From: an uncultured Elioraea sp.
Lineage (GTDB): Bacteria > Pseudomonadota > Alphaproteobacteria > Acetobacterales > Acetobacteraceae
DNA: 39,939 bases
Direction: 5' to 3'
Assembly: GCA_937927455.1 (NCBI GenBank)
Contig: CALBEG010000046.1
Coordinates: 1 to 39,939, forward strand
Within the stretch, counting starts at the first letter, position 1, and the number at the start of each line of letters is the position of its first letter. Below are positions 1 through 10,062 of this stretch, one piece after another. Below the pieces are notes generated by a model that worked only from the letters and a program-made list of their open reading frames with translations, did not search any database and was not told the DNA's origin. Made by a program: the position numbers and the translations under genes.

Positions 1-544
1 CCTGTCCGCCATCCGCGGCGGGGATGCCAACATCTACGTCGTTGATCTGCGTACGCGGCGGGAACGTCAGCTCACCTTTGGCCCCTCGCTCGACGTCTCG
101 CCGTCCTTCTCGCCGGACGGGCAGAAGATCGTGTTCAACTCCGACCGCGGTGGCGATCAGCAGCTCTACGTGATGGATGCCGACGGCGGCAACCTGCGCC
201 GGATCAGCTTCGGCCAGGGCCGCTACGCGACCCCGGTGTGGTCGCCGCGCGGCGACCTGATCGCCTTCACCCGGCTCACGCGGGGAACCTTCGCTATCGG
301 TGTGATGCGCCCTGACGGGTCAGGCGAGCGGATCCTCTCTGAAGGCTGGCAGATGGAGGGACCGACCTTTGCGCCGAATGGCCGGGTGCTCGCTTTCTGG
401 CGCGAGACGCGGGCGCAGGACGCGCGCGGTGCCGGCTACTCCTCGCGCCTTGCCTCGATCGACATCACCGGATTCAACGAGCGCGCCCTACCCACGCCGG
501 CCGATGCCTCCGACCCCGCCTGGTCGCCGCTGATCCCAGGATAG
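1..544 (+). CDS. tolB: Tol-Pal beta-propeller protein TolB, 3' part (5' end outside window)
   Basis: Frame is open from base 2 ([16 protein letters not shown]...[19 protein letters not shown]...). It has PD40-like repeats ([31 protein letters not shown]) and lies directly upstream of pal. Confidence 0.95.
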   Translation, partial: LSAIRGGDANIYVVDLRTRRERQLTFGPSLDVSPSFSPDGQKIVFNSDRGGDQQLYVMDADGGNLRRISFGQGRYATPVWSPRGDLIAFTRLTRGTFAIGVMRPDGSGERILSEGWQMEGPTFAPNGRVLAFWRETRAQDARGAGYSSRLASIDITGFNERALPTPADASDPAWSPLIPG

Positions 545-573
545 ACGCCGTATCGCCACACTGCCGCCCGATG

Positions 574-602
574 TTGATCAGAGAGATGGCAGGCCGCATA
601 TG
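574..602 (+). promoter_or_regulatory. Candidate sigma70 promoter for pal
   Basis: TTGATC (574-579), 17-nt spacer, CATATG (597-602), upstream of the pal RBS AAGGAG at 661-666. Confidence 0.35.
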
Positions 603-677
603 CACGCGCATCGGTTGTGGAGATGGCGGAAACAGCCGACAACAGGGATTGCCATCCCGAAAGGAGTTGACCTGACA

Positions 678-1148
678 ATGAACCGCACGCTGCTTGCTCC
701 CTTGTCCGGATTGGTTTTGCTTGCGGCCTGCGCCCAGGCTCCCGATCAGGGCGGTGCCGCAACGGGTGCCGGCCAGGCCACCGGGCCTCGTCCGGGCACG
801 CAGGAGGATCTGGTCGCAAATGTCGGCGATCGGGTCTTTTTCGACTTCGACCGTTCGAACATCCGCCCCGACCAGGCGCCGACACTGGATCGCCAGGCCG
901 CCTGGCTGCAGACCCACCGGCAGGTGCGCGTCCTCATCGAGGGACATGCCGACGAGCGCGGCACGCGCGAATACAACCTTGCCCTCGGCCAGCGTCGTGC
1001 CGACTCGGCGCGCAACTACCTGATCGCTCGCGGAGTCGAGGGAGCACGCATCCGGACCATTTCCTTCGGCAAGGACCGTCCGGCGGTGCTCGGGTCGAAC
1101 GAGGAGGCCTGGGCGCAGAACCGGCGCGCCGTGACCGTCGTGCAGTGA
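678..1148 (+). CDS. pal: Peptidoglycan-associated lipoprotein Pal
   Basis: ATG at 678 after AAGGAG. Lipobox LAAC. OmpA-like motifs VFFDFD, IEGHADERGTREYNLALGQRRA and NRRA. Confidence 0.97.
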   Translation: MNRTLLAPLSGLVLLAACAQAPDQGGAATGAGQATGPRPGTQEDLVANVGDRVFFDFDRSNIRPDQAPTLDRQAAWLQTHRQVRVLIEGHADERGTREYNLALGQRRADSARNYLIARGVEGARIRTISFGKDRPAVLGSNEEAWAQNRRAVTVVQ

Positions 1149-1251
1149 ACGGCCGCTCGCGACGGTGATTTCGGCACGGGCGGCCGCGTGGCCGCCCGTC
1201 GCGTTTTCGACACCGCTGCCGTTACGGTGCGCAGGGAGTGGAGGGAGACCG

Positions 1252-2160
1252 ATGCGAACCCCGTGCATGATCGCTGCCCTGGTCGTCCTTGCTGTGGCCA
1301 CTGAGGCGGCGGCGCAGCTCGAGAGCCGCGAGGCAATCGCGCTGCAAAACCAGATCCTCGAGTTGCGGCGCGATCTGCAGGCGCTGCAGGGCAGGCTCGG
1401 CCCGGGCGGAGGCGCAGTCGCCCCGCCGGTCGCCCTCGCCCCCCCGGTGGGGGCGGGCGCCGCACCTCTGCCGGGCAGCCAGCAGGAGCTGCTCGCCCGC
1501 CTCCTTGAGCGTGTGCAGGCGCTGGAGACGGAGCTGCGTCTGTTGCGTGGTCGCAGCGATGAGACCCAGAACGCCCTGCGCGAGTTGCAGGCGACGGTGG
1601 AGAAGAACCGCGAGGACCTGGAGTTCCGGCTTGCTGCGTTGGAGGGCGGGCGCGGCGGCAGCGCGGCGCAACGGCCGGCCGCTGGCGGAGCCCAGTCGGC
1701 TCCGCAGGCTCCGGCGCAACAGCAGGCCGCCCTGCCCATGCCGCCGGCCGCTCCCGCGCAGCCCGCCCGCCCGCGCAGCCAGGAGCAGATCCTGCGCGCC
1801 GCCCAGGACGCTTTGCGCCGCCAGGACTGGGCGACGGCGGAGCGTGAGGCCCAGGCCTTCATCGCGACCTATCCGCGCGATGCCCGCGTCGGCGAAGCGT
1901 ACCTGATCCGCGCCGAGGCGCTGTACGGACGGCGCGAATTCACCCAGGCTGCCTTGGCCTACGACGATGCGCGCTCGCGCGTGACCGACCGATCCCGCCG
2001 GCAGGACGTGCTGATCGGCCTCGGTCGTTCGCTCGCCGCCCTCAACGAACGCGATAGCGCCTGTGAGGTGTTTCGCCAGCTTGCGTCTGACTTCGCCACC
2101 GATATGCGGGCAGACATTCGCGACGCGCTGACCCGGGAGAGGTCTCGGCTACGCTGCTAA
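1252..2160 (+). CDS. cpoB: Tol-Pal-associated coordinator CpoB/YbgF (signal peptide, coiled coil, TPR)
   Basis: ATG at 1252 after GGAGGGAG. Signal peptide, coiled-coil region and C-terminal TPR-like helices (AFIATYP...AYLIRAEALY...ACEVFRQL). Canonical position after pal. Confidence 0.88.
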   Translation: MRTPCMIAALVVLAVATEAAAQLESREAIALQNQILELRRDLQALQGRLGPGGGAVAPPVALAPPVGAGAAPLPGSQQELLARLLERVQALETELRLLRGRSDETQNALRELQATVEKNREDLEFRLAALEGGRGGSAAQRPAAGGAQSAPQAPAQQQAALPMPPAAPAQPARPRSQEQILRAAQDALRRQDWATAEREAQAFIATYPRDARVGEAYLIRAEALYGRREFTQAALAYDDARSRVTDRSRRQDVLIGLGRSLAALNERDSACEVFRQLASDFATDMRADIRDALTRERSRLRC

Positions 2161-3449
2161 CGAGGCTCGAGACCCGCTTCGCCGCTAGGCTCGCGCGGCT
2201 TGGGCCGTTCGAGCCTGCCCCCCTGCTCGCCGTCGCGGTCTCGGGCGGCGCAGACAGTCTTGCCCTCGCCCTGCTTGCCGACGGCTGGGCGCGGGCCAGG
2301 CGAGGGCGGGTGATCGGGCTCGTGGTCGACCATGGAGTCCGTCCCGCTGCCACCCTCGAGGCGCGGCTCGTCGCTGAGTGGCTTGCGGCGCGCGGCATCG
2401 AAGCCCGCCGGTTGCGGCTCGCGGCGCCAGGGCGCAGCGCGCAAGCCCTGCGCCGCGCCCGTCTGCAGGCCCTGGCCTGGGCGGCTGGCGAGGCGGGAGC
2501 GCTGCATCTCCTCCTCGCCCACCATGCCCTCGACCAGGCGGAGACGGTGCTGCTGCGTCTGGCACGGGGGTCGGGCGAGCGGGGGCTCGCGGGTATGGCG
2601 GAAACCCGCGCCGTCGGCCCTGTGCGCCTTCTGAGGCCTCTTCTCGGCGAGGCGCCGTGCGCTTTGCGGGCGTTTCTGCGCGCGACCGGCCAGCCCTGGA
2701 TCGAGGATCCATCGAACACCGGACAGACGACGCGGGCGAGGCTGCGCGCTGCCATGCGCGATCGCGATGGCGAAGGGGTAGCGGTGAGAGCCGCCTTGGG
2801 GGTCGCCATCACCGCTTCGCGTCGTCGCAAGGAGGCAGAGGAGACGCTGGCCCGGTCGCTGGCCGAGGCGGTTCAGCTTTCGCCCCTTGGCTTTGCTTTG
2901 CTCGACGCGGCGAGGTTCGCGGCGTGGACCGAGCCTCTGCAGCGCGAGGCCCTCGGTGCCCTGTTGCGGTGCATCGGCGGCCATCACCATCCCGTGCGCG
3001 GAGATCGTCTCACCGCTCTCTTGTCCCACTTGCAACGCGGGAAAGGTGGCACCGCTGCGGGCTGCCTCGTCGCACCCCGGGGTCGTGCGATGCTGATTGC
3101 GCGCGAACCTGCGGCGGCGGCGCCCCCGGTGGTGATCAGAGAGGGGAGCCCTGTGTGGTGGGACAGGCGCTGGCGCGTGTGGGCATTGACGGGAGATAGT
3201 GTCGGCGCGGTCGGTGCAGCCGAGGCAGCGGCGTTGCGCCGGGTGACTGAAGAGGTGCGCTGCATCCCGTCCGTCGTCCTTGCCAGCCTGCCGGCGATCA
3301 GGCGGGGCGGCGTGCTGGTTGCGGTGCCGCCGATCCTGTATGATCCAGACATGGGGGCTCCGGCACCGGGAGCCCTGTTTCGGCCCCCCGAACCGCTCGT
3401 TGCACGTGGGGAGGGGGGTGCGGGCGATGGGGCATTGGAAGCTTGGTAA
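2154..3449 (+). CDS. tilS: tRNA(Ile)-lysidine synthetase TilS (start uncertain, probably CTG at 2154)
   Basis: PP-loop AVAVSGGADSLAL (from ~2229) is in frame with, but upstream of, the GTG at 2310. Also VDHG, AHHALDQAET, RPLL and EDPSN motifs. Lies between cpoB and ftsH. Confidence 0.92.
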   Translation: MLTRLETRFAARLARLGPFEPAPLLAVAVSGGADSLALALLADGWARARRGRVIGLVVDHGVRPAATLEARLVAEWLAARGIEARRLRLAAPGRSAQALRRARLQALAWAAGEAGALHLLLAHHALDQAETVLLRLARGSGERGLAGMAETRAVGPVRLLRPLLGEAPCALRAFLRATGQPWIEDPSNTGQTTRARLRAAMRDRDGEGVAVRAALGVAITASRRRKEAEETLARSLAEAVQLSPLGFALLDAARFAAWTEPLQREALGALLRCIGGHHHPVRGDRLTALLSHLQRGKGGTAAGCLVAPRGRAMLIAREPAAAAPPVVIREGSPVWWDRRWRVWALTGDSVGAVGAAEAAALRRVTEEVRCIPSVVLASLPAIRRGGVLVAVPPILYDPDMGAPAPGALFRPPEPLVARGEGGAGDGALEAW

Positions 3450-3461
3450 CGGAACCCATGT
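3435..3461 (+). promoter_or_regulatory. Candidate RpoH (sigma32) heat-shock promoter for ftsH
   Basis: TTGGAA (3435-3440), 13-nt spacer, ACCCATGT (3454-3461), resembling the sigma32 consensus TTGAAA-N13/14-CCCCATNT about 50 bp upstream of ftsH. Confidence 0.5.
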
Positions 3462-3509
3462 TCAGATGGCCGGCGGGTCGCGCCGACACAGACCGAGGAT
3501 GATCATCGC

Positions 3510-5453
3510 GTGAGCAACTTCGGACGTAACCTGGCCCTCTGGGTCATCATCGCGCTCCTCTTGGTGGCGCTGTTCAACCTCTTCCAGCCGTCCTCGCCGC
3601 GCCACTACGCGAGCCAGCTCGCCTACTCCGACTTCCTCAACGAGGTCGGCAACGGCCAGGTGCGCGACGTCACCATCCAGGGACGCGTCGTCACCGGCCA
3701 GCTACTCGATGGGCGGATGTTCACGACCTACCTGCCTCCCGACGCTGGCACGGTGACCATCCAGAAGCTTACGGATCGCGGCGTGCGCGTGGTGGCCCGG
3801 CCGGAGGAAAGCGAGGTCAACCCCATTTTCCACTACCTCCTCTCCTGGTTCCCAATGCTTCTGCTGATCGGCGTCTGGATCTTCTTCATGCGCCAGATGC
3901 AGTCGGGTGGAGGGCGGGCGATGGGCTTCGGCAAGTCGCGCGCCAAGCTTTTGACGGAGAAGCAAGGCCGCGTGACCTTCGACGACGTGGCTGGCATCGA
4001 CGAGGCGAAGGCGGAACTGCAGGAGATCGTCGACTTCCTGCGCGACCCGCAGAAGTTCCAGCGCCTCGGCGGGCGCATCCCCAAAGGCGTTTTGCTGGTT
4101 GGGCCCCCTGGCACTGGCAAGACCCTGCTCGCCCGCTCGATCGCTGGCGAGGCCAATGTGCCGTTCTTTACCATCTCAGGCTCCGACTTCGTTGAGATGT
4201 TCGTCGGCGTCGGGGCCTCGCGCGTGCGCGACATGTTCGAGCAGGGCAAGAAAAACGCGCCTTGCATCATTTTCATTGACGAGATCGACGCGGTCGGGCG
4301 CCATCGCGGCGCTGGCCTGGGCGGGGGCAACGACGAGCGCGAGCAGACTCTGAACCAGCTCCTGGTTGAGATGGACGGGTTCGAGTCGAACGAGGGTGTG
4401 ATCCTGATCGCTGCCACCAACCGCCCCGACGTCTTGGATCCTGCTCTGCTTCGGCCCGGCCGGTTCGACCGCCAGGTGGTGGTGCCGAACCCTGACGTGA
4501 ACGGGCGGGAGAAGATTCTCCGCGTGCATATGCGGAAAGTTCCGCTCGCCGCTGATGTCGACCCGAAGGTTCTGGCGCGCGGCACTCCGGGCTTCTCCGG
4601 GGCCGATCTCGCCAACCTCGTCAATGAGGCCGCGCTGCTCGCTGCCCGCAACGGCAAGCGCGTCGTTGGGATGGCGGAGTTCGAGGCGGCGAAGGACAAG
4701 GTGCTGATGGGGGTGGAGCGCAAGTCCCTCGTGATGAGCGAGGAGGAGAAGCGCATGACCGCCTATCACGAGGCGGGGCACGCGCTCGTTGCCATGTCGA
4801 TGCCGGAGTGCGACCCGGTGCACAAGGCGACCATCATCCCGCGCGGGCGCGCTCTGGGCCTTGTGATGTCTCTGCCCGAAGGGGATCGCTACTCGAAGCA
4901 CAAGTCCAAGCTCTTGCAGGAGCTTGCGATGGCGATGGGCGGGCGCGCGGCGGAGGAGATCGTGTTCGGGCCCGACCGCGTGTCCAACGGCGCCGCGGGT
5001 GACATCAAGATGGCGACCGATCAGGTGCGGCGTATGGTGACCGAGTGGGGGATGAGCGACAAGCTCGGCATGGTGGCCTATGCCGACAACTCGCAAGAGG
5101 TGTTTCTGGGCCACGCCATCACCCAAACCAAGAACATCTCTGAGGCGACTGCGCAGGAGATCGACCGCGAGATCCGTCGCATCATCGATGAAGCCTATGC
5201 TACCGCGAAGCGCGTGCTGACCGAACGCCGCGCTGATCTCGACCGGCTCGCCCAGGGTCTGCTCGAGTACGAGACCCTGTCGGGGGAGGAGATCAAGTCG
5301 TTGCTCGCCGGCGAGCCGATCATCCGCAAGCAAGAGCAGGAGCAGCCGCAGGCCGACCAGCGTCGGTCTTCGGTGCCGACGTCGGGGCGTGCGCCGAAGG
5401 CCAGTTCAGCCTCCGCCGGCGGCTTCGGGCCGCAGCCGCAACCGAACGTGTGA
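3510..5453 (+). CDS. ftsH: ATP-dependent zinc metalloprotease FtsH
   Basis: Two TM segments, Walker A GPPGTGKT, Walker [12 protein letters not shown] ([20 protein letters not shown]) and zinc motif HEAGH. Confidence 0.99.
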   Translation: MSNFGRNLALWVIIALLLVALFNLFQPSSPRHYASQLAYSDFLNEVGNGQVRDVTIQGRVVTGQLLDGRMFTTYLPPDAGTVTIQKLTDRGVRVVARPEESEVNPIFHYLLSWFPMLLLIGVWIFFMRQMQSGGGRAMGFGKSRAKLLTEKQGRVTFDDVAGIDEAKAELQEIVDFLRDPQKFQRLGGRIPKGVLLVGPPGTGKTLLARSIAGEANVPFFTISGSDFVEMFVGVGASRVRDMFEQGKKNAPCIIFIDEIDAVGRHRGAGLGGGNDEREQTLNQLLVEMDGFESNEGVILIAATNRPDVLDPALLRPGRFDRQVVVPNPDVNGREKILRVHMRKVPLAADVDPKVLARGTPGFSGADLANLVNEAALLAARNGKRVVGMAEFEAAKDKVLMGVERKSLVMSEEEKRMTAYHEAGHALVAMSMPECDPVHKATIIPRGRALGLVMSLPEGDRYSKHKSKLLQELAMAMGGRAAEEIVFGPDRVSNGAAGDIKMATDQVRRMVTEWGMSDKLGMVAYADNSQEVFLGHAITQTKNISEATAQEIDREIRRIIDEAYATAKRVLTERRADLDRLAQGLLEYETLSGEEIKSLLAGEPIIRKQEQEQPQADQRRSSVPTSGRAPKASSASAGGFGPQPQPNV

Positions 5454-5689
5454 CCTCTACGCGAGATCTCTTCCGGCGCGCCGCGTACGTTCGTCCGCCT
5501 TCGCCGGACCGATCAACGCGTCGTTAGGTTTGCTCCGTTGCTGCGCCGGAAACTGGAACTCGGGCGTCTGGACACGCGGCGCGGATGAAGCGACTGTCCA
5601 ATCGGGTGTATGGGTCGCGTCCAGGCGCGCCGCGGCGGCCTCCCTCCTGACGGGCGCGCCTCTTCACGGGTCTGCGGGAGCCTTTGCCA

Positions 5690-7066
5690 ATGCCGTCCGA
5701 CACGCGTCGTCTGTTCGGAACCGACGGGGTGCGCGGGAGGGCGAACGCTCCGCCGATGCGGGCGGAAACCGCTCTGCGTCTCGGCCAGGCCGCCGGTGCC
5801 CTGTTCCGCCGCAGCGGGGCCGGGCACCGACCGCGCGTTGTCATCGGCAAGGACACGCGCCTCTCCGGCTATATGATCGAGAACGCGCTCGCCGCCGGGT
5901 TCATCTCGGTTGGCATGGACGTGAACCTGGTCGGGCCCTTGCCGACACCGGCCATTGCTTGGCTCACCCGCTCCATGCGGGCTGATCTCGGGGTGATGAT
6001 CTCGGCCTCGCACAATCCATTTGAGGACAACGGCATCAAGCTGTTTGGCCCTGATGGCTGGAAGCTCTCGGACGCGATGGAGGCCGAGATCGAGCGGCTG
6101 ATGGAGGACGCCGCACTTGAGGATCACCTCGCTGCACCGGGCGACTTCGGCCGCGCTGTGCGGCTCGAGGATGCGCGCGGTCGCTACATCGAGGCGGCGA
6201 AATCGTCGTTTCCCCGAAACCTTCGCCTGGATGGGCTGCGCATCGTCATCGACTGCGCCCATGGTGCCGCCTATCGCGTCGCCCCCCTCGTGCTCGCCGA
6301 ACTCGGCGCGGAGGTGATCCCGCTCGGTGTCGCGCCCGATGGGGTGAACATCAATCGCGGCTGCGGCTCGACCGTCCCCGAACACATGAAGAGCGAGGTG
6401 GTGGCCAACGGCGCCGATCTCGGCCTCGCCCTGGATGGGGACGCGGACCGCTTGATCCTTGCTGACGAGACGGGGCGGGTTGTTGACGGCGATCAGATTC
6501 TCGCCCTGATCGCCGATGCCTGGTCGCGCGGCGGGCGGCTCGCCGGTGGCGGCGTTGCGGCCACCGTGATGAGCAACATGGGGCTGGAGCGGTTCCTTGC
6601 CGAAAGGGGGCTCGTGCTCGAGCGGACGGCGGTGGGAGACCGCTACGTCGCAGAACGCATGCGCGAGAAGGGCATGAATGTCGGCGGGGAGCAATCGGGC
6701 CACATGATCCTGACCGACTACGCGACGACCGGTGACGGGCTGATCGCCGCGCTGCAGGTCCTCGCCGTCATTGTCGAGACGGGGCGCCCGGCCTCCGAGG
6801 TGTGCCGCCAGTTCGAACCCTTGCCGCAACGATTGCGCAACGTTCGCCACGACGGACGGCTCGATCTTGACCATCCGAGCATCGCGCGCGCCCTCGCCGA
6901 GGCGGAAGCGCGGCTCGCCGGGCGGGGGCGTCTTTTGATCCGCCGTTCGGGCACCGAGCCCGTGGTGCGCGTCATGGCCGAGGCGGTCGAGGAAGACCTC
7001 GTTTCCGAGGTGGTCGATTTCGTTGTAGAAACGATTAATTCCGTCATGGCCGAGGTGGTGGCGTGA
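5690..7066 (+). CDS. glmM: Phosphoglucosamine mutase
   Basis: [18 protein letters not shown], catalytic SASHNP, DGDADR, GGEQSGH and RRSGTEP motifs. Confidence 0.98.
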   Translation: MPSDTRRLFGTDGVRGRANAPPMRAETALRLGQAAGALFRRSGAGHRPRVVIGKDTRLSGYMIENALAAGFISVGMDVNLVGPLPTPAIAWLTRSMRADLGVMISASHNPFEDNGIKLFGPDGWKLSDAMEAEIERLMEDAALEDHLAAPGDFGRAVRLEDARGRYIEAAKSSFPRNLRLDGLRIVIDCAHGAAYRVAPLVLAELGAEVIPLGVAPDGVNINRGCGSTVPEHMKSEVVANGADLGLALDGDADRLILADETGRVVDGDQILALIADAWSRGGRLAGGGVAATVMSNMGLERFLAERGLVLERTAVGDRYVAERMREKGMNVGGEQSGHMILTDYATTGDGLIAALQVLAVIVETGRPASEVCRQFEPLPQRLRNVRHDGRLDLDHPSIARALAEAEARLAGRGRLLIRRSGTEPVVRVMAEAVEEDLVSEVVDFVVETINSVMAEVVA

Positions 7067-7887
7067 TGAAGGGCAGGGTACTGATCATCGCCGGGTCCGA
7101 CTCCGGGGGCGGGGCTGGGATCCAGGCCGACATCAAGACCGTCACCTGCCTCGGTGCCTTCGCCATGACGGCCGTCACCGCCCTCACCGCGCAGAATACG
7201 CGAGGTGTTGCCAACGTGCTGCCCGTGCCGCCGGCCTTCATTCGCGAACAGATTGACGTCGTCGTCTCCGACCTCGGCGTGGATGCGGTGAAGACCGGCA
7301 TGCTGCACGACGTACCGGTGATCGAGGCGGTGGCGGAGGCGATCGCCGCGCTCGACCCGGCCATGCCAGTGGTGGTCGATCCTGTGATGGTGGCGAAAGG
7401 CGGGCATCGGCTCTTGGAACAGAACGCGGTTTCCGCCCTGATGCGCCTCGTCATCCCGCGCGCGACGGTGATCACCCCCAATGTTCCTGAGGCGGAAGTG
7501 TTGGCCGGCTCTGCCATCCTTGGGCTCGACGACATGAAGAAGGTGGCCGACCGTCTCCTTTCGTTCGGCTGTGGTGCCGTGCTCATGAAAGGCGGGCACC
7601 TGCCGGGGGAGCGGGTGACCGACCTGCTGGCGACAGCGGACGGCATGGAAACCTTCTCCGGCCCGCGAATCGACACGCGCCATACCCACGGCACCGGCTG
7701 CACGCTGGCCTCAGCCATCTCCGCCGGTCTCGCGCAAGGGTTGGGGCTGCGCGAGTCCGTCATCCGCGCGCGTCACTACGTCGCCCTTGCCCTCGCCTCC
7801 GCCCCCGGCTACGGCGAGGGGCACGGGCCGCTCGATCACGCGGTGACGGTCGATCCCGCCCGTCTCGCCGCCCTGTCGCGCGTCTAG
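7063..7887 (+). CDS. thiD: Hydroxymethylpyrimidine/phosphomethylpyrimidine kinase
   Basis: [25 protein letters not shown] and THGTGCT motifs. Start (GTG 7063 or ATG 7066) overlaps the glmM stop. Confidence 0.97.
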   Translation: MMKGRVLIIAGSDSGGGAGIQADIKTVTCLGAFAMTAVTALTAQNTRGVANVLPVPPAFIREQIDVVVSDLGVDAVKTGMLHDVPVIEAVAEAIAALDPAMPVVVDPVMVAKGGHRLLEQNAVSALMRLVIPRATVITPNVPEAEVLAGSAILGLDDMKKVADRLLSFGCGAVLMKGGHLPGERVTDLLATADGMETFSGPRIDTRHTHGTGCTLASAISAGLAQGLGLRESVIRARHYVALALASAPGYGEGHGPLDHAVTVDPARLAALSRV

Positions 7888-8744
7888 GTCCTGACTGCAA
7901 ACTGTTGGTCGCGACGCGCGATGATTTGATTCAAGCTTCCTGTTGGAGGGGAGCGTGGCATGTCGCGGTTCGATCTGAGTGAGGCGGAATGGCGGCTCAT
8001 CGCGCCTCTGCTGCCGCGTGCGGATGGCCGGCGAATGGGGCGCCCGCGGTGAGACGACGGGCGCGTGCTGAACGCCATCTTCTTCGTGCTGTGCACGGGC
8101 ACGCCGTGGCGCGACCTGCCCGAGCGGTACGGGCCGCACACCAGGGCGTAGAATCGCTTCAACCGCTGGCGCTTCACCGCCGGGCCAAGCGCGGCGTGTG
8201 GCTCTCGATCTTCGAGGCGTTGGCGGCGCGGTCGCCCGGCTCGCTGGCGCTGATCGACAGTTCCATCGTGCGCGCGCACCAGCATGCCGCCGGCGGCAAA
8301 AAAGAGGGGCGGATCACGCCATCGGTCGTTCCCACGGCGGACTGAGCACCAAGCTCCACGCCCGCGTCGATGCCCGCGGCCTGCCGGTGCGCCTCGCCCT
8401 CTCCGCCGGCCAGGCCGCCGACACGCATGCGGTGCCGGACTTGCTCGCCGGCCTCGCCCCCCGGCAGAGACGTCATCGCCGACTGCGGCTACGACTACGA
8501 CGAAGTCCGAGAGCGCATCCGCACCGCAGGCAGGCGCGGCCATGTGCCAACCACACGGCAGAAGCGCAAGCAGATCACCGTCCCGCCAGCATTCTACCGC
8601 CAGCGCAACCTCATTGAACGATGCTTCAATCGCCTCAAGCATTTTCGCCGCCTCGCCACGCGCTTCGACAAGCTCGCACGCAACTCTCTCAGCGCCGTCG
8701 CCCTCGCCGCCATCCAGCTGCGGACACGGTTTGAGTCCAGCACC
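7887..8744 (+). mobile_element. IS5-family (IS427-like subgroup) insertion sequence, 858 bp, degenerate
   Basis: Imperfect 16-bp terminal IRs GGTCCTGACTGCAAAC (7887-7902) and GTTTGAGTCCAGCACC (8729-8744), 11/16 match. Left flank is CTAG; right flank is CTCG (inferred mutated CTAG). Contains transposase remnants. Confidence 0.88.
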
Positions 8745-8747
8745 TCG
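7960..8747 (+). pseudogene. IS5-family transposase pseudogene (two-ORF, -1 frameshift type)
   Basis: Reads MSRFDLSEAEWRLIAPLLP...WRDLPERYG...IDSSIVRAHQHAAG, A6G slippery site at 8298-8304, GRSHGGLSTKLH...ADCGYD...YRQRNLIERCFNRLKHFRRLATRFDK. Lesions: in-frame stops at 8050 and 8149, a degenerate ~15-bp duplication near 8155-8184, and a further frameshift near 8460. Confidence 0.92.
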
Positions 8748-9655
8748 GCCGCGCGCCGCCGCACCGCAGCCAAGCCGGCCTGGGTGACCGCGAACACGGC
8801 GAGCGCGCCGGGCGCTGGCACGGCCTGCAGCCGCGTGCTCCCGATGAATGGCGTGTCGGCCCACAGGGTCAAGCTCGTCGCCTGGATCAGGGCGGCCGAA
8901 CCCTTGTCCTTGTACGGGGGGATGGTCACGGGCCCGGTGCCCTTCGGCAGGACCACGGTCTGCATCGTCACGAGGGGGTCGCTCGCGAACAGGAACACAT
9001 CCTCGACGGTCTGGAACTGCCGCGCCTTGCCGACCGGGGACAGGTCCTGGCCCTCGATGAAGAACTCGCTCGGGCCGAAGCGCGCGGGCGAGAGGTCGAT
9101 CGCAGCAGGCAGGCTGCCTCCGGCGATGCTCGGCACGCCGATGCTGTCGAAGGTGATTCCGCCCGCGTAGATCGGCAGGAACGCCTCGGTCTGGTTGTCG
9201 CCGACCGCAACGGCAAACAGGCTCATCGCGAAATCGCCGCCGAACCGGTACGCACCGGCTTGCAGGTCGACCGTCTGATACCCTGCCACGGGTGTCGGCA
9301 GGACGCCCCCTGGCAAGGCGCTGTTCAAGGTCGCGACCCAGTTCCCCTTGCCAGTGCGGCCGAAGCCGAAGGCGCCCGGGCAAGCACGCTCACCGACGCC
9401 GCCCAAGCTGTTGTGGGCCGACACAGCCCAAGGCGCGAAACCGATGGTCTTCTCGTAATCCGGAATACTCGGCGGTGCCGGAACCGGGAATCCGCTGAGG
9501 GCACCTGCCGCCGTGACCGTGGTCTCGAAGCGGCTGTTCAGCAGGACGTTCGCCTGCGCCGCCGCCGGCAAGAGGAGCAAGGTGGCGCCGAAGGCGAGCG
9601 CGTGGGAGACGGAACGTTTGGGAGTCTCCCCTGGCGGTCTCGACCACAGCGGCAC
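8744..9655 (-). pseudogene. PEP-CTERM sorting-domain exported protein, probably decaying (start unclear, stop lost)
   Basis: Signal-like HALAFGATLLLLPAAAQA at the N-terminus and VPAPGALAVFAVTQAGLAAVRRRAA (PEP-CTERM-like motif, TM, Arg tail) at the C-terminus. No in-frame ATG next to the GGGGAG RBS near 9626-9631, and the ORF reads through into the IS. Confidence 0.7.
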
Positions 9656-9712
9656 GATGCCATCGTGTCGATCTCCCTGCAAGACGTTCGCTAACCGGAA
9701 AGGATGATGGTG

Positions 9713-9945
9713 ATGCCCCGCCTTCCCCTGTATGTCGTGGATTCGTTTGCCGACCGGCGCTTCACCAGCAACCCGGCCGCGGTTGTGCCGCTCGATGCGT
9801 GGCTGCCGGACGCGGTGCTGCAAGGCATCGCCGCCGAGCACACTCTCGGCAAGACCGCCCTCGTGGTCGCCGAAGCGGCCGGTCCGCGTGCGCGCGGGTT
9901 CACGCGCACGACCGAGGTCAACCTCGGCGGCCACGTGACGCAAGC
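9713..9945 (+). pseudogene. PhzF-family epimerase/isomerase N-terminal fragment
   Basis: LYVVDSFADRRFTSNPAAVV...LQGIAAE...EVNLGGHVTQA matches the PhzF N-terminus (VDAF..GNPAAV...EVDLCGHATLA) with degenerate key residues. Similarity ends after ~78 codons. Confidence 0.8.
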
Positions 9946-10062
9946 GCTTTCGTCCGCGAAACCGGGCGCTGCCTTGCTCCGCCCCTTGTGTCGCGCGCCC
10001 TTCCGGACGAACTGCGCGTATGAGCGCTGCGGGCGAGACCGCGCGGCGGAGGCGCGGCGCTC

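Noticed and set aside
7884-9383. 499-aa minus ORF and 266-aa plus ORF (8370-9170) as novel fusion proteins
   Set aside because: They are chimeras of IS sequence and the PEP-CTERM gene. The plus ORF is explained by the lost stop at 8745-8747 and the minus ORF is an off-frame shadow.
8594-9943. 449-aa ORF as a single real protein
   Set aside because: The first ~95 codons are antisense to the phzF fragment and its upstream spacer, and the last ~50 are IS read-through. Only the middle is the PEP-CTERM gene.
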